Shown here: piece by piece, positions 24,725 through 35,966 of the stretch
Layout of the letters: the number at the start of each line of letters is the position of its first letter
Position numbering within the stretch: position 1 is the stretch's first letter
Assembly (NCBI RefSeq): GCF_000143415.4
Contig: NW_003314354.1
Location: forward strand, 410,575 to 474,574
Origin: Selaginella moellendorffii
Taxonomy: Eukaryota > Plantae > Lycopodiophyta
Direction: 5' to 3'
DNA: 64,000 bases
Notes under the pieces: model-generated
Told to the model about the DNA's origin: nothing
Database searches by the model: none
What the model saw: only the letters and a program-made list of their open reading frames with translations
Translations under genes and position numbers: made by a program

Positions 24725-26142
24725 ATGTGGCAAATGCTGCGTGAAGAAAGATGCCCTTTCTGGGCAAATGCTGTAAGAGGCAGATGCCGAGCAGATGTAT
24801 CTCAGGCTAGCGAATGGGACAAACGAAAGCTAGCTATAAACATGACGGGATGCAAATAGATTACTAGGCTGTTCCTGCGAAAATCAAAAACCATAATTGA
24901 AAACATTGAAAATGCAAAAAGAAAGGTTTATAATATTTTTGAATTTTAAGCAACCAAAGGAATGTAAGTAGGGCATGTGTTTGTAAGTTTAAAAATGCCT
25001 CAACCACTTAAATTCCCAAGTAAATAAAGCTGTTTCTATTTTTGGTACAGGTAAACTTTATAGCGTGTGGGCTCATGCAATTTTGAACCCAAAAATGCAC
25101 CAAAAAATGCTCGACTAGCATTATTCTTTGAATGGCGTGTGGCCTTATATTGCCATAAATGGACGTACACACACAACATAATTATTCCTTTACACGGCGA
25201 ATAATCTTGGCGCGGATCGCTGACATGGCATGGCAAAGTTCGAATCACTGACATGGCACAGCTGGATCGAGGCAAGGACATGATGTGACAAAGTTCAACC
25301 TCCGACAGCAAAGTCTAGAAGCTACTCAGTTTGAAATTTGTCAGAGGAATCATAAGATCTGGTTTGTCAGAGGATTTGATGTGACGTTCAAGCGTGTGTT
25401 ATTTTTGAATTCTCGAACTCATTCCTAGGTCTATCATTTTTGTGCGCCGTGTTCTTGGTTCCGCTGAGCGCAGTGAGCGCTGCTTGTGTAAGCGGCGTTG
25501 TGAGCTGTGGTTTATGCGTCTACAAGCGGTTGCGGCATTGCGAGCGCCATTGCAAGCGACAGTTTATGCGAGTGGCAGTTTGTGCGAGCGGCGCTACGAG
25601 TAGTTGCGGTGTTGCGAGCGGCACTATCTTTGGTGTGGCTACCGCTTCCTCTTGATATTTGGCACTTGTGCTTCCTAGTATGTTCACCATGGAATGGTTT
25701 AGGACCACATTTAGAAATGGCATGAGGCCACATGCCATCTTGGGCCCTTGCAATTTCATGGCTAGTGTATTGTCATGTATGTTTTTACTTGCCTGCAATT
25801 GTGTGTATATCAAGATGGCATGAGGCCTCATGCCATCTTTGGCCCCTGCTAGCCTATTGCCATATTCCTTTTGCCTTGCTGCAACTATATATATTTTTGT
25901 GTGCGTGACTAGTCACCCATACAGGCTAGCAGGGGCCAAAGATAGCATAAGGCCTCATGCCATTAGTGGTACCACTAATGGCATGAGGGCTCATGCCAAT
26001 TTTGTGAATGCGAAATTTCATGTGGGTGTCAATAGCATATTTGAATAATGGCATGTGGCCTCATGCTATTTGGTATGTTATGATTTAGGCCATTCTCCAA
26101 TCATTTTTTGTATGGTCTTAACTTCTTTTCTGCACTTTCAGA

Positions 26143-29100
26143 ATGGCCTTCAGGGTTGGGGAAAAGGTTTACATTTTGAATGGTGGGAAGAGAGTTGCAA
26201 AAGGGACCCTTGTGTCTATGGATCGGAACTTTGTTATACACTGTCAAAGGCTTGGGGAAGGCAATGCTGCTGTATCAGTAGAGACTGTCTTCGATGGGAA
26301 TGTGGTTGCTATTGAACGAGGAGAGATGGTTGTCAGGGTAAATGTTGTTGTTGCCTTGAAAAATCTGCAGAAGAAAGCAGATGTTGGGGACAGCGCAAGT
26401 GCGACGCATGTTCCCTCCGTGGATCTTAAGAACCGTGCTACATGGATTCAGGCAAAGGTGTTTCTAAACAACCCCGAGGGGGAGGTGGTAGCTGAGGGCT
26501 TAGCCACAGTTGTCGATCCAAGAGATGCGGTTGCTAATCAAGAATTGGGCTGGGATGATATTGGAGTTGCGATTTTAGAGGTTGTTGACACAGAAGAAAA
26601 CAATCTGACTATTGGAAGCATTGTGCGGTGGAAATTGAGGCATTTAGTGTTTGAGAATGTGAAGGATTCATAATCAAACACCACTACAACTGATGACAGA
26701 ACATCTCTTCATGGGAAAAGAAAGTACACCTTCCTACAGCGCAGCCAAAGGGATCTGAGCAACGAACCGAAAAGGCAGAAAATGGCGATGGAGGTTCGAA
26801 TGGTCTCGACAGTTGCTTGTTGCAAGAGGAGGTGCTGTCAACATGCTGATTGGGATGCTATTGAAGAGGAGAGAGCAAGATACAAGACATTGTCCTGGAA
26901 GGCAGCTCGCAATTTTGTGTATGAGGCATTACGGTCATCTGTTGATGCTTTAAAACATCAGGTGGGGGGCATGGTCTTCCAGAGGGGTTTGGTCTGCATG
27001 AAAGCATGGAGAATCATTTATGGAGTCCCTCGAAGCACATTCTACAGAATCAAAACTAAGTTCGAGGAACAAAGGGTTCAACAGGCAGTCCATGGGAACG
27101 ACGGTACGCACAAAACCAGGGGTCATGTTGTATATGGAGAGGCAATCTTCAAGAGGTTTGTTGAGACATGTAGCGAGCAGCAACCACATAAAACCCGCCT
27201 CTTGGAAGATGGAACACGAGACACCCAACAAGTTCTCCCTTCCATGTATACCAAGGGGGCCATATTGGAAGATGTGAATCGGGAACTCCAGAGTAATGGC
27301 TACAGGAAGCTGAGCCAATTTAGATTTAGTAGATTGTGGAGCAACAGGTTCAGGGATGTGAGTATAGGAAAGTACTCCAGCTTTTCAAAGTGTGACGAGT
27401 GCACTGCTATCAAAATGGCTTTGTCGAAGAATTTTTGCAGCGCTCAAGAGCGAGAGACGTTGGTTAGAAGGCGGCTCGACCACAACATCGAGCAGAGAAG
27501 CTGCAGGACTGCATATTATCATAACAGGATTCTCTCCATGGAGAGACCTGACTCTTACCTCTGCATCATCCACGACAAAATGGACCAGAAAAAGACGTGC
27601 TTACCTCGACTCAATCCTGCCCCCAAGGCAATCTCTTCATCCATGCAGCTGCCTGTGTCTCTGTTTGGCATAATCGCTCATGGGCATGGTGCCCAGAACT
27701 ATGGGAACTTCTTTGTACCTCTATGGGGTGGCGGGGGTGCAAACATGATGATTGCGTCCCTAGCAAAACACTTAAGGTCTCTGCAAAGTGCGCAGACTGA
27801 GCTGAACGGCCAACCCTTGCATAAGGCCCTTGTCGATCGAACCCCATACAGGGTTCAGCTGGAGGAGGAGCAAAGGCTTGCAGTATTGCGTGGGGCCCCA
27901 TGCCATCCCAGTGAATATGTTGGCCGTCAGATTGTAGGGTTATCACGTGAGGCCTCATGCCATTCCGACGAGGCTGGTCGCCCGGTGAATGCACAACCTC
28001 ATCCAAACGAAGCAGAATCTCAAGGAAGTTCTTGCGGCCGATGTGGCCTTCCACCCCATCTTCTGCTCCAAACAGACAATGCTGGCAGTGAGAACAAAAA
28101 CATGTACGTCTTCGCGTACTTGGCGATGCTTGTTGCCAAAGGCATATTTGAAACGGTTACACTTGGCTTTCTCATGGTTGGGCACACTCATGAAGACGTC
28201 GATGCCATGTTCAGTCACCTGGCAGAGTCCCTCCGGCGATCCAATGTCCTCACCCTCCCACAACTCTACGATGAATTCCAAAATTGCATCAAAGGCACTG
28301 TTGAAGCTGCACTTGTGACAGAGGTTCCAGACTTTAAGGGGTTTGTAAGAGGCTACATCAGGGACGGATCCGAAACGCTGATTGGCCACTCCAAGCCTCT
28401 TCAGTTTCATTTCAGCATGCGTGACGGTGCTCTAGTGATGAGGTACAAGATGAGAGAATGGGACACAGTGTGGCTGCCAGTGGATGGCATTGAACTCTTC
28501 AAGAGAGATCCCATAACTGGGGAACCTATGATTCCTCAGGGTTCCCCACGGCCGATGCACCCGGATGGACTCAAAGACCAGGAAAGTATAGTGGCCGGGA
28601 TTAGACAGCATATTGCCTTCTGGAAGAGGGGGTTGGTGTTTGGTGGAGAATCCTATTTTAAGAGGTGCAAGCCTTTGCTCGAATACTGGGAGAAGATTAT
28701 ATCTGCTATCCAAAATGGGCCGGTTGTATATGAAGAATTGGAAAAGTCCTTTTGGCCAGAACCCAGAGCACCAGATAGTAGCGGAACAATGTCCTCTGGA
28801 AATGCAGTGACAGATAACGATGTTGAGGATCACTATTGTGGGCCGAGGAACAAGAAGCCGGATTCAGCATTCAATCCAGTACAGGTCTGCAAAGGAATGG
28901 TCATGCTTGTCAGACCCAGTAATAAAAAACAAATGATATGGGTGGGGCGCTGCATCACTAATGCAGAGGAGGATGCGGAAACTAACTCCTTCAATGTAAC
29001 TGTGGAGTGGTTCAAGCCAAGTTCCGGATATACGAAGGATTGCTTAGAAAAGAGATGGGTGCTGAATCCAAGGGATCCCAGCATGAGCATATCGGTGGAT

Positions 29101-29211
29101 AATGTTGTGCATGGTTGGATGCGGAAGCAAAGTGCCGCCATCACCTTGCCAGACCATGCAAGAGATGCAGCAAGAGCATTCATAACCCGGGTTCAAGGTG
29201 AGATTCATTAA
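26143..29211 (+). CDS. Sola-like transposase (~1,020 aa if one premature TAA at 26671 is repaired)
   Basis: FSKCDEC zinc motif; putative catalytic IHDKMD, LQTDNAGSENKN and FLMVGHTHEDVDAMFS. ORFs 26143-26673 and 26782-29211 are in the same frame, separated only by one TAA and 36 open codons. Confidence 0.82.
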
Positions 29212-29900
29212 TATTCCTTTACTAAGTTTCTAATGTATTTTATTTCAAGGTGAACAATCCGAATCTGAATCAGAGGAGGCGTGATGGCATGTGGCCCTTT
29301 GCACTAGTATATCTTAATACCGGTCTGAGAAATAGAATGGCATGTGCCCTCAGGCCTTTTACTAAATCACCTTTGAAAGAAATGCAAGCCTCTATGTCGT
29401 AAAAAAAAGGTACTAGAGAAATTCCTTAATAATATGAATGTTATTTAGTTTCATGAAAATACACTAAGGGTCAAATGAGTTAAATGACTTCTCCAGACTA
29501 GCAATGCCTCTTGCTACACCTTCACAATTAGATTCGTTAGAAAAAGATAACATTGAATAATATCTAAATGTTCTCACCATTAAGTTATATGTCTGGCTAA
29601 TAGGAATGACGTTCATCTTGGAAAGCTCACCACACGCTCAATGAACAAACAAATAGTGTGTGTGCGTATGCCATCGCTCTTCTTTAGCTTCAGATTCGGC
29701 TTATTCACCTTGACAATGAGATTTATTATACAACCAGATGGACTCAGTCTGGACACAAAGTCACCGCGCTAGTCACCATGCCCCAGATATGTCTAGCCCC
29801 TGGACAAAAAACATATAATTTCACGTCATTTTCAAATACTTGAAAATTTGTACCTAGTCCCATTTTACTGAATAAATCCCACTTTAACGAAATAGAGCTT

Positions 29901-31468
29901 TGTCGCAATTGTTAAATTACAACGTAGCCTATAAAAACATAAATATTATAACAATTTCAATATAATGAGAATAAAAATTACCTTGGATCATATACATGAG
30001 CTCCCATGGTTGTCCAACCGGATACACGCTCCATATGGTCAAAATGTACCCATACATTTGCAAGGTCATTGGACCCAAACATGTCCATTCGGGAGACAAG
30101 ATCTACGCCAGAGGCAGGGCCCATGGTAGACATTTTGAAGACGAAGGGGCGCTCTTGCTCATTCACAACTTGGTCTAGAAACAAACTTCCGTGGATGAAC
30201 TCGTATGGACAAGTCCGTTTCAATTCAAGGATGGAGTCAATTTTTGATTGCAACTTCCCCTCTCGAGATTCACACATCCAAGATTTTATCCTAAACAATA
30301 TAATGTAAGAAAAAATTATTATTATAACATATGAAAAATAACGGATGTACCTCCTTAGGCTAGTAGCAGGTTGTACTCCTCGTAGTAAGTCCCGCAAGCT
30401 AGCCTCGTTTAGTTGAGTCTTTTGGCAACCTGGATTGAGTAAGGTATTTGCGATAAAATCCTTGAGGACGGTCTTCTGAACATGCTTCGGAGTTACAGAT
30501 GAGTTTTTCATAGTCTCTTCCTATACAGCATCTTTGAAACGGTTGAGAGAACTCCTTTGTATCCCTTCCTGCATTGGATGCATATGTGTGCCAACATGCA
30601 CTGCAGCTCTTCCAGCCACTCCATCCCGTGGAAGAAAGTAGTACATCTTGGCATTGCAGATAGCACGACATAGAGGAGCATTTTTGCAGAATCAACATTT
30701 GAATCCAACAGCAATGGTGTCACAGGCTGGAGGATTGACTGCAGACCCTTCGAAAAATATAGAGTTTCTAGAGCGGTCTCGATTGCATGCTTCATCCACA
30801 CAATCTAAATGCCCGCCACAATGAACTATAGACACTATGCCTTCAAAATGTTGGAAGTGTGTGGTCTTGATCTTGCACCAATTGTGGACATCCTGCTTGG
30901 TTTCCATCCCCTTCCGTTTGGAACCTGTGCTGCTGACAAGAGGTGGTAGCTCGAAGAAAATGTTGCCGTTGTAGGAGGATGGAAGCTCACTCACAAGCCT
31001 ATACAAAAACAAGTGCACGTCGATTGAGAGGCGTGAAAACTGGAAAGCATTGCTAACGGCTTTGAATATTGCTGAAGTTGGAGCTGGAGCTGGTGAATTT
31101 GGCACCGACACTAGCATGACATCTTCACTTGAACTAGAAGAGGACGAGAGGATAATGACTGACTCTTGCTTCACATTCACTTTCGCTGGAGTGCATTTTG
31201 GCATTTTGACTGGAGATCCAAACACTCGAATCTCCTTCGACTTGGAATTTTGTAAATCCCATTGTTGTCCACCCTCGCCCACACCAGAAAGAAGAAACTC
31301 CGAGTATGCAACTATACCGGTGTCGTTGCGGATCACAGCCTCTAAAGAAATAGAGCCAAGACGAAGATCAAAACGCCGACATAAAAAACTTTCAAAAACA
31401 ATACTCTGAGAGAATGAAAGAGGTGGGTGATCTCGAAAATGAAGAAGAAACCTCTCCATCCTTCTCAA
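29901..31468 (-). pseudogene. MULE transposase, N-terminal part (GCM/WRKY-like zinc DNA-binding region plus first catalytic Asp)
   Basis: CGGHLDC..AC, KC*FC...C...HVGTHMHP, FVFKMS, VHFDHMERVSGWTTMGAHVYDP. In-frame stops at 30692 and 30521; joins 16763 across the TSD. Confidence 0.75.
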
Positions 31469-32354
31469 TAGGTTTTGGAGTTCTCTCTCTTTATGCTACT
31501 TGTAAAAATCTATAGTGAAACATAATTGAAATTTAAATAGAGTAATAAGAAGACAACGTACAAAATGAATTTAAATTCTATAGAAAATTTAACATGTGTA
31601 AGTGTGACAGTATTAATATTACTGTCATCTATTATGATGTCTGATGCATGTATACACATAGATCCAAGGAAAGATTTTCAGCACGTGAAGTTTGATAGTT
31701 AATAATGATACCAGTAATGACATTCAGCTATAACGTGTCAAACCAAGAGATCCAATCTAACTATCAGCACGTGTGATATGTCAAGTTGTCAAATTTTGAG
31801 TGGTAGATGATAATAAATCTTGTCAAATCTTATTCTTCAATAACAGATTTGATTCGTAGTACAACTCAAGTTTTATCCATAATTGTGAACACTGCTCAAT
31901 GACATTTAAAGCACGTGCCTATTGTCTAGGATCTAATACAGTACAAAATAAATTTCTGGATGAGGATTCATCCATTCATAGATGGATATAGTACAACATA
32001 TTTTAACGTGCCTTATTTATACTCTTTGAAGTTCTTGTAACGATTCCAAAATATGTACAAAATAGTGATGAGAATGCATCCTTTCTAGATAATTTGTAAA
32101 ATATAATATCATATCTCTAATAACAGAAATGTTGATAGGTGCTAGTTATACCATCATTAAAATATACAAAATAAAGAAGCATAATTTACATACAATAATA
32201 ATGATAAGATAAAATAAGATCAAAGATATTGTGATGGTTGAGATTTAGGTTATTTGGAATGAACGGCCAGGATTAGAGATTGGTTAGGGTTAGGGCAGCC
32301 GTCAGGATTAGGGTTAGGGTAGCCACCAAGATTAGGTTACTGTTTGCATCATGA

Positions 32355-32625
32355 GTGGAGTGCGCAAGAGATCGAGAGATTGAGCGCGAAGGAGATCAAG
32401 GGATTGAGTGCGAAGGAGATCGAGCGATTGAGCGTGCAAGAGATCGAGAGATTGAGCGTGCAAGAGATCGAGAGATTGAGCGCGCGAGCGGGAGAGATTG
32501 AGCGCGCAAGCAGGAGAGATTGAGCGCGCGAGCGGGAGAGACTGAGTGTGCGAGCAGGAGAGATTGAGTGCGCAAGCGGGAGAGATTGAGTGCGCGAGCG
32601 GGAGAGATTGAGCGCACAAGAAATC
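32355..32625. repeat. Tandem ~20-24-bp repeat (GAGAGATTGAGCGCGCGAGCGG-like)
   Basis: About 11 degenerate copies of GATTGAGYGYGC, visible directly. Confidence 0.85.
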
Positions 32626-32761
32626 TAGCACGATCAAGAAATCGAGGGAGGAAAGATGCTGCCAAGGGTGAGTTTCGATTTGATTGCTTGCACTTCCATT
32701 TTTTGAGTCCATTGCTTCCATTCCATTTCTTCCCTTTTTTTTTCTTGATTGCTTCTTTGCT

Positions 32762-33095
32762 GGCCGAGGTTGAGCTCGGGCGGGCCACCTCGGGCAGTTT
32801 TGCTTGCCGAGGGGCCGAGGTTATTCAAATAACCTCGGCCCCTCGGCGAGCAAAAGTGACCGAGGTCGAGCTCCCGCTGGCCACCTTGGGCAGTTTTGCT
32901 TGCCGAGGGGCCGAGGTTATTCAAATAACCTCGGCCCCTCGGCGAGCAAAAGTGACCGAGGTCGAGCTCCGGCCGGCCACCTCGGGCACTTTGGCTGCCC
33001 AGGAGGCCGAGGTTATTCAAATAACCTCGGCCCCTCCAACCCCTAAAGTGCCCGAGGTCGAGCTCGGGCCAGCCACCTCAGGCACTTCAGTGGCC
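32762..33095. repeat. 96-bp tandem array, each unit containing a long hairpin
   Basis: TTATTCAAATAAC cores at 32821, 32917 and 33013, flanked by TTTTGCTTGCCGAGGGGCCGAGG / CCTCGGCCCCTCGGCGAGCAAAA arms. Confidence 0.9.
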
Positions 33096-33386
33096 CCAGC
33101 GAATTGCATATTTACATAAAATGAAAAGCTTGTTATATGTCAAATATCTATGAAAGTGTCAGATGTCAATATCAGTGTTAGATATCATAATTGCAAATTA
33201 TCATTCTCACCTATCACCATCACTTTGTAGCGCTTGTGTGTTGCCATCTCCTCCTTCAACATTTTGTAAACAATTGTATGTGATATGATAGCACCTTCTA
33301 GAACAAGGTATGTTACCTACAACTAATATCATTTTATTATATTTTTTCTTTTAATAGTGACAATACTATAGTATAGTAAAGTAATT

Positions 33387-33938
33387 CTAGATCTTAGATT
33401 CCACTATAGGGTGGCCTAAAAACCCATATTTTGCATTAGCCAATGCAGTGTTTCCTAAGGGGATGTTGTTCCTCACCATGAAGCGATAGTGGGTATATGT
33501 CTGTAACTCATTCTTGAATCTATTGTACATCCACATGTGCACATTTTCCAGACCTGCCGTTGGGCAATTCTTACAGTGCTCAAGAAAAGTTTGTAAACCC
33601 ATAGAGCCATTTGTCTTGTCCAAGAAAAAGTAGCATATTGGACACCGAATGTAATAGCGTTCTGTGCTTTCAAGTAGTCCTGCCATGTCAGGAGCAAGAT
33701 CTTGCAAAAACATGTGGCATTGCTCTTGAAGCGCTAAAGGCAATCCCTCTCTAGTAGCAAGATCTGGAATTTCACATATAGGGAGCTCTAATTCAGCTTC
33801 ACTAGAGCCCTCAGCAGAAAAAAGATTGTTATGTAGAGGTGAAGGTGGAATGTTGGTAGAACTTGGGGATGGAGGTGGAGATTGATATGAAATGCTGGGG
33901 GGCCAAGTACGATTAGCAATGGGTCTCCTTTGAGCCAT
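33387..33938 (-). CDS. Second small MULE-borne protein with a zf-XS-like zinc finger
   Basis: Intact ORF (ATG 33938) with a Pro/Ser-rich N-terminus, then IRCPICY...GLQTFLEHC...NVHMWM. Confidence 0.5.
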   Translation of the reverse strand: MAQRRPIANRTWPPSISYQSPPPSPSSTNIPPSPLHNNLFSAEGSSEAELELPICEIPDLATREGLPLALQEQCHMFLQDLAPDMAGLLESTERYYIRCPICYFFLDKTNGSMGLQTFLEHCKNCPTAGLENVHMWMYNRFKNELQTYTHYRFMVRNNIPLGNTALANAKYGFLGHPIVESKI

Positions 33939-34038
33939 TTCAATATAAACTTCTAAGGAGCTCAAGGAGAACAAAAAACCTACAATGACTATAACTTTTC
34001 TAGATAGTTTATATACTAAGTTTTAGTCTTGGGAATGC

Positions 34039-34168
34039 GGTTTATTTATTATGACACTGACAATACTCAGATTCTTGGGAACAAGGTTTATTTATTATGA
34101 CACTGACAATACTCAGATTCTTGGGAACGAGGTTTATTTATTATGACACTGACAATACTCAGATTCTT
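34039..34168. repeat. 46-bp tandem repeat x3
   Basis: GGTTTATTTATTATGACACTGACAATACTCAGATTCTT at 34039, 34085 and 34131. Confidence 0.9.
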
Positions 34169-35966
34169 TAAATGTCAGTCTTGGAAATGGGGCTTCATAA
34201 TCATAGCTTTCTTGTAAACATAAGAGCTTCTAGAATTTTAGATTATCGTGTATACACATGCTCTATCATTATGATGAATCCTACTTTGCTACACATATAC
34301 ACATGCCAAATGTCTACGGAAATAAATTGCAAGGAAATATAGACCACATTATAGTGGTAGAGCACGTTGGCACGCTACCATTCTCTCATGTGAGATTGCC
34401 TTTTAGTCTTGGAAATGTAGATAAAGTTGATTCTTTGATGTGATATTACTTTTGAGTCTTTCGAAAGATTTTGATTTCTTTTATCATTATTTACAAACAA
34501 TTCCCAAAAAATTTTAATGAGGATTCACTGCAAAATATACCTTGGTCTTATCATATGAGAGGATTGCGATATAGGCAAGCAATAGAGTTTTTAATATGAA
34601 TTAATATGTAAATTACAAATGTCATGGAAAGTTTTATGGAGTAGATTTCTTGGTGCTTTCCGCTGTGCTGTTGATTTCTTCATTTCTCTTGCTCTGGACT
34701 GTTGTTTCAGAAGTAACAGGAGCATTTTTATCAATCGTGATAGTGGTTTCCACATTCCCAGATGGGTAATAAGGACCAGGAGTGTAATATGGAGATTGTG
34801 GTAGTGAAATAAAATTAACATTCTCACATTCCTTTGCACTACAACTCTTACTCACAGATCTTGTATTTTCCTTGCTTCCCATCTTCTCAAGAACCCTAAA
34901 AACTCTTTTGAATGAAGGAATAGTATCTAGAGCTGTAAAAGTATTCAAAATATTAAGTAGTCAAATCAAATATGACAGCTGTAACAGTTGTCATAATAAA
35001 ATAATATAGTTTTATAAAAGATAGGTTCTCATGAACTTTGTCTTTTTTAAACAATTCAATCTTATAGAAACTTTTAACTTAGATATTTACGTATTTTAAT
35101 ATTTTAAAGTTTGCTAGAACCTTCATTTGTTCAATTTAGATCTCCTTTGTAATATTTTTTATTGACTATGTTGACTTGAGTTGACTTGTGTTGAATTGAG
35201 CTCAACTCATGAGCTCAACTCAACTTTGGACCATCCCCCAAATGTAATTGTATTCTCCAAAACTTTATCAAGCTTCCCATTGAGCTCCTTGCCTTCTCCA
35301 ACTGCCAGCCCTTGAAGTAGCTTGCATCGTTTGTTATATAGCCACCTTCCTTGATCCTCTGCACTATTCAAAAACTCAAGAGCTAGATCTTCCTGCCCAG
35401 TCTCTACATTCAAAGTGTTCCAGGAGACAAGTCTGATTGGCTTAAGTTGTTGATCAGCAAACTGGGCTCATTTGTGTTTCTGCAGTGCTAATGGTGGTCA
35501 AGACACAATGGAAAGCATAGGAGGCTTTTTGAGTGCTCAACACAGCCTAGAAAAGGTGTGCCAATCCTCTGTCTAGGTTTTGTTGCTTGCTAGATTAGTG
35601 TTGATCAAATAGCAAACATAGGTAACCTTTGGCTTTCTTGAGCAAAGTGGAATAAGAATGTATTTTTAAACCTGAATCTAAAATTAAGCACATTATTGAA
35701 ACTTAAAGTTAAAACTAAGTCTAAGGCTATAAATGTATTCTCAAATTTTTGATTTTCTGTTTTTCTCCTCATTAATTATTATATTGAATCCTACTCATTA
35801 CACAAACCTAAATATGGAAATGTTAGCAATTTGATTAATAACCCCTTTTCCTTGGATGATATGAACTTAAAGCTAAACTTAAACATACAAACAAAGAATT
35901 ATAAAGTAGATTATTTTGATCCTTTATTAATTAATCATTTTTATTTTAGATTAATTCTTTTTTTAC

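Larger units (their letters stand above)
17151..29357. repeat. Dispersed 20-bp palindrome family TGGCRTGWGGCCWCAYGCCA (~20 copies)
   Basis: Copies start at 17151, 18832, 18907, 20169, 20360, 20501, 21997, 23271, 23331, 23408, 24205, 25133 (degenerate), 25718, 25816, 25943, 25979, 26049, 27886, 27943, 29285 (degenerate) and 29338 (degenerate). Confidence 0.9.
16764..29900. mobile_element. 13.1-kb Sola-like (DDD) DNA transposon with cargo gene
   Basis: Perfect 24-bp TIRs AAGCTCTATTTCGTTAAAGTGGGA. 4-bp TSD TGTC (16760-63 / 29901-04). Removing the element restores the MULE reading frame LTIATAEF. Boundaries are secure; the superfamily call is less so. Confidence 0.88.
13915..35238 (-). mobile_element. 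Mutator-like (MULE) DNA transposon, degenerate TIRs, interrupted by a Sola-like element
   Basis: Left end GGGCGTGGACCA..TTGAGCTCACGAGTTGAGCTCAATT matches the inverted right end (35194-35238). Degenerate 8(-9)-bp TSD CAAGTGTC (13907-14) / CAAATGTA (35239-46). The two flanks rejoin into a repeat whose uninterrupted inverted copy lies at ~56880-57164. Confidence 0.6.

Noticed and set aside
15292-30694. Stop-codon readthrough or U-to-C editing restoring the TE ORFs
   Set aside because: U-to-C editing is an organellar phenomenon; ordinary mutational decay explains these nuclear TE stops.
17151-34168. CRISPR-like array (palindromes, 96-bp and 46-bp repeats)
   Set aside because: No regular repeat-unique spacer organisation, no cas genes, and a eukaryotic TE context.
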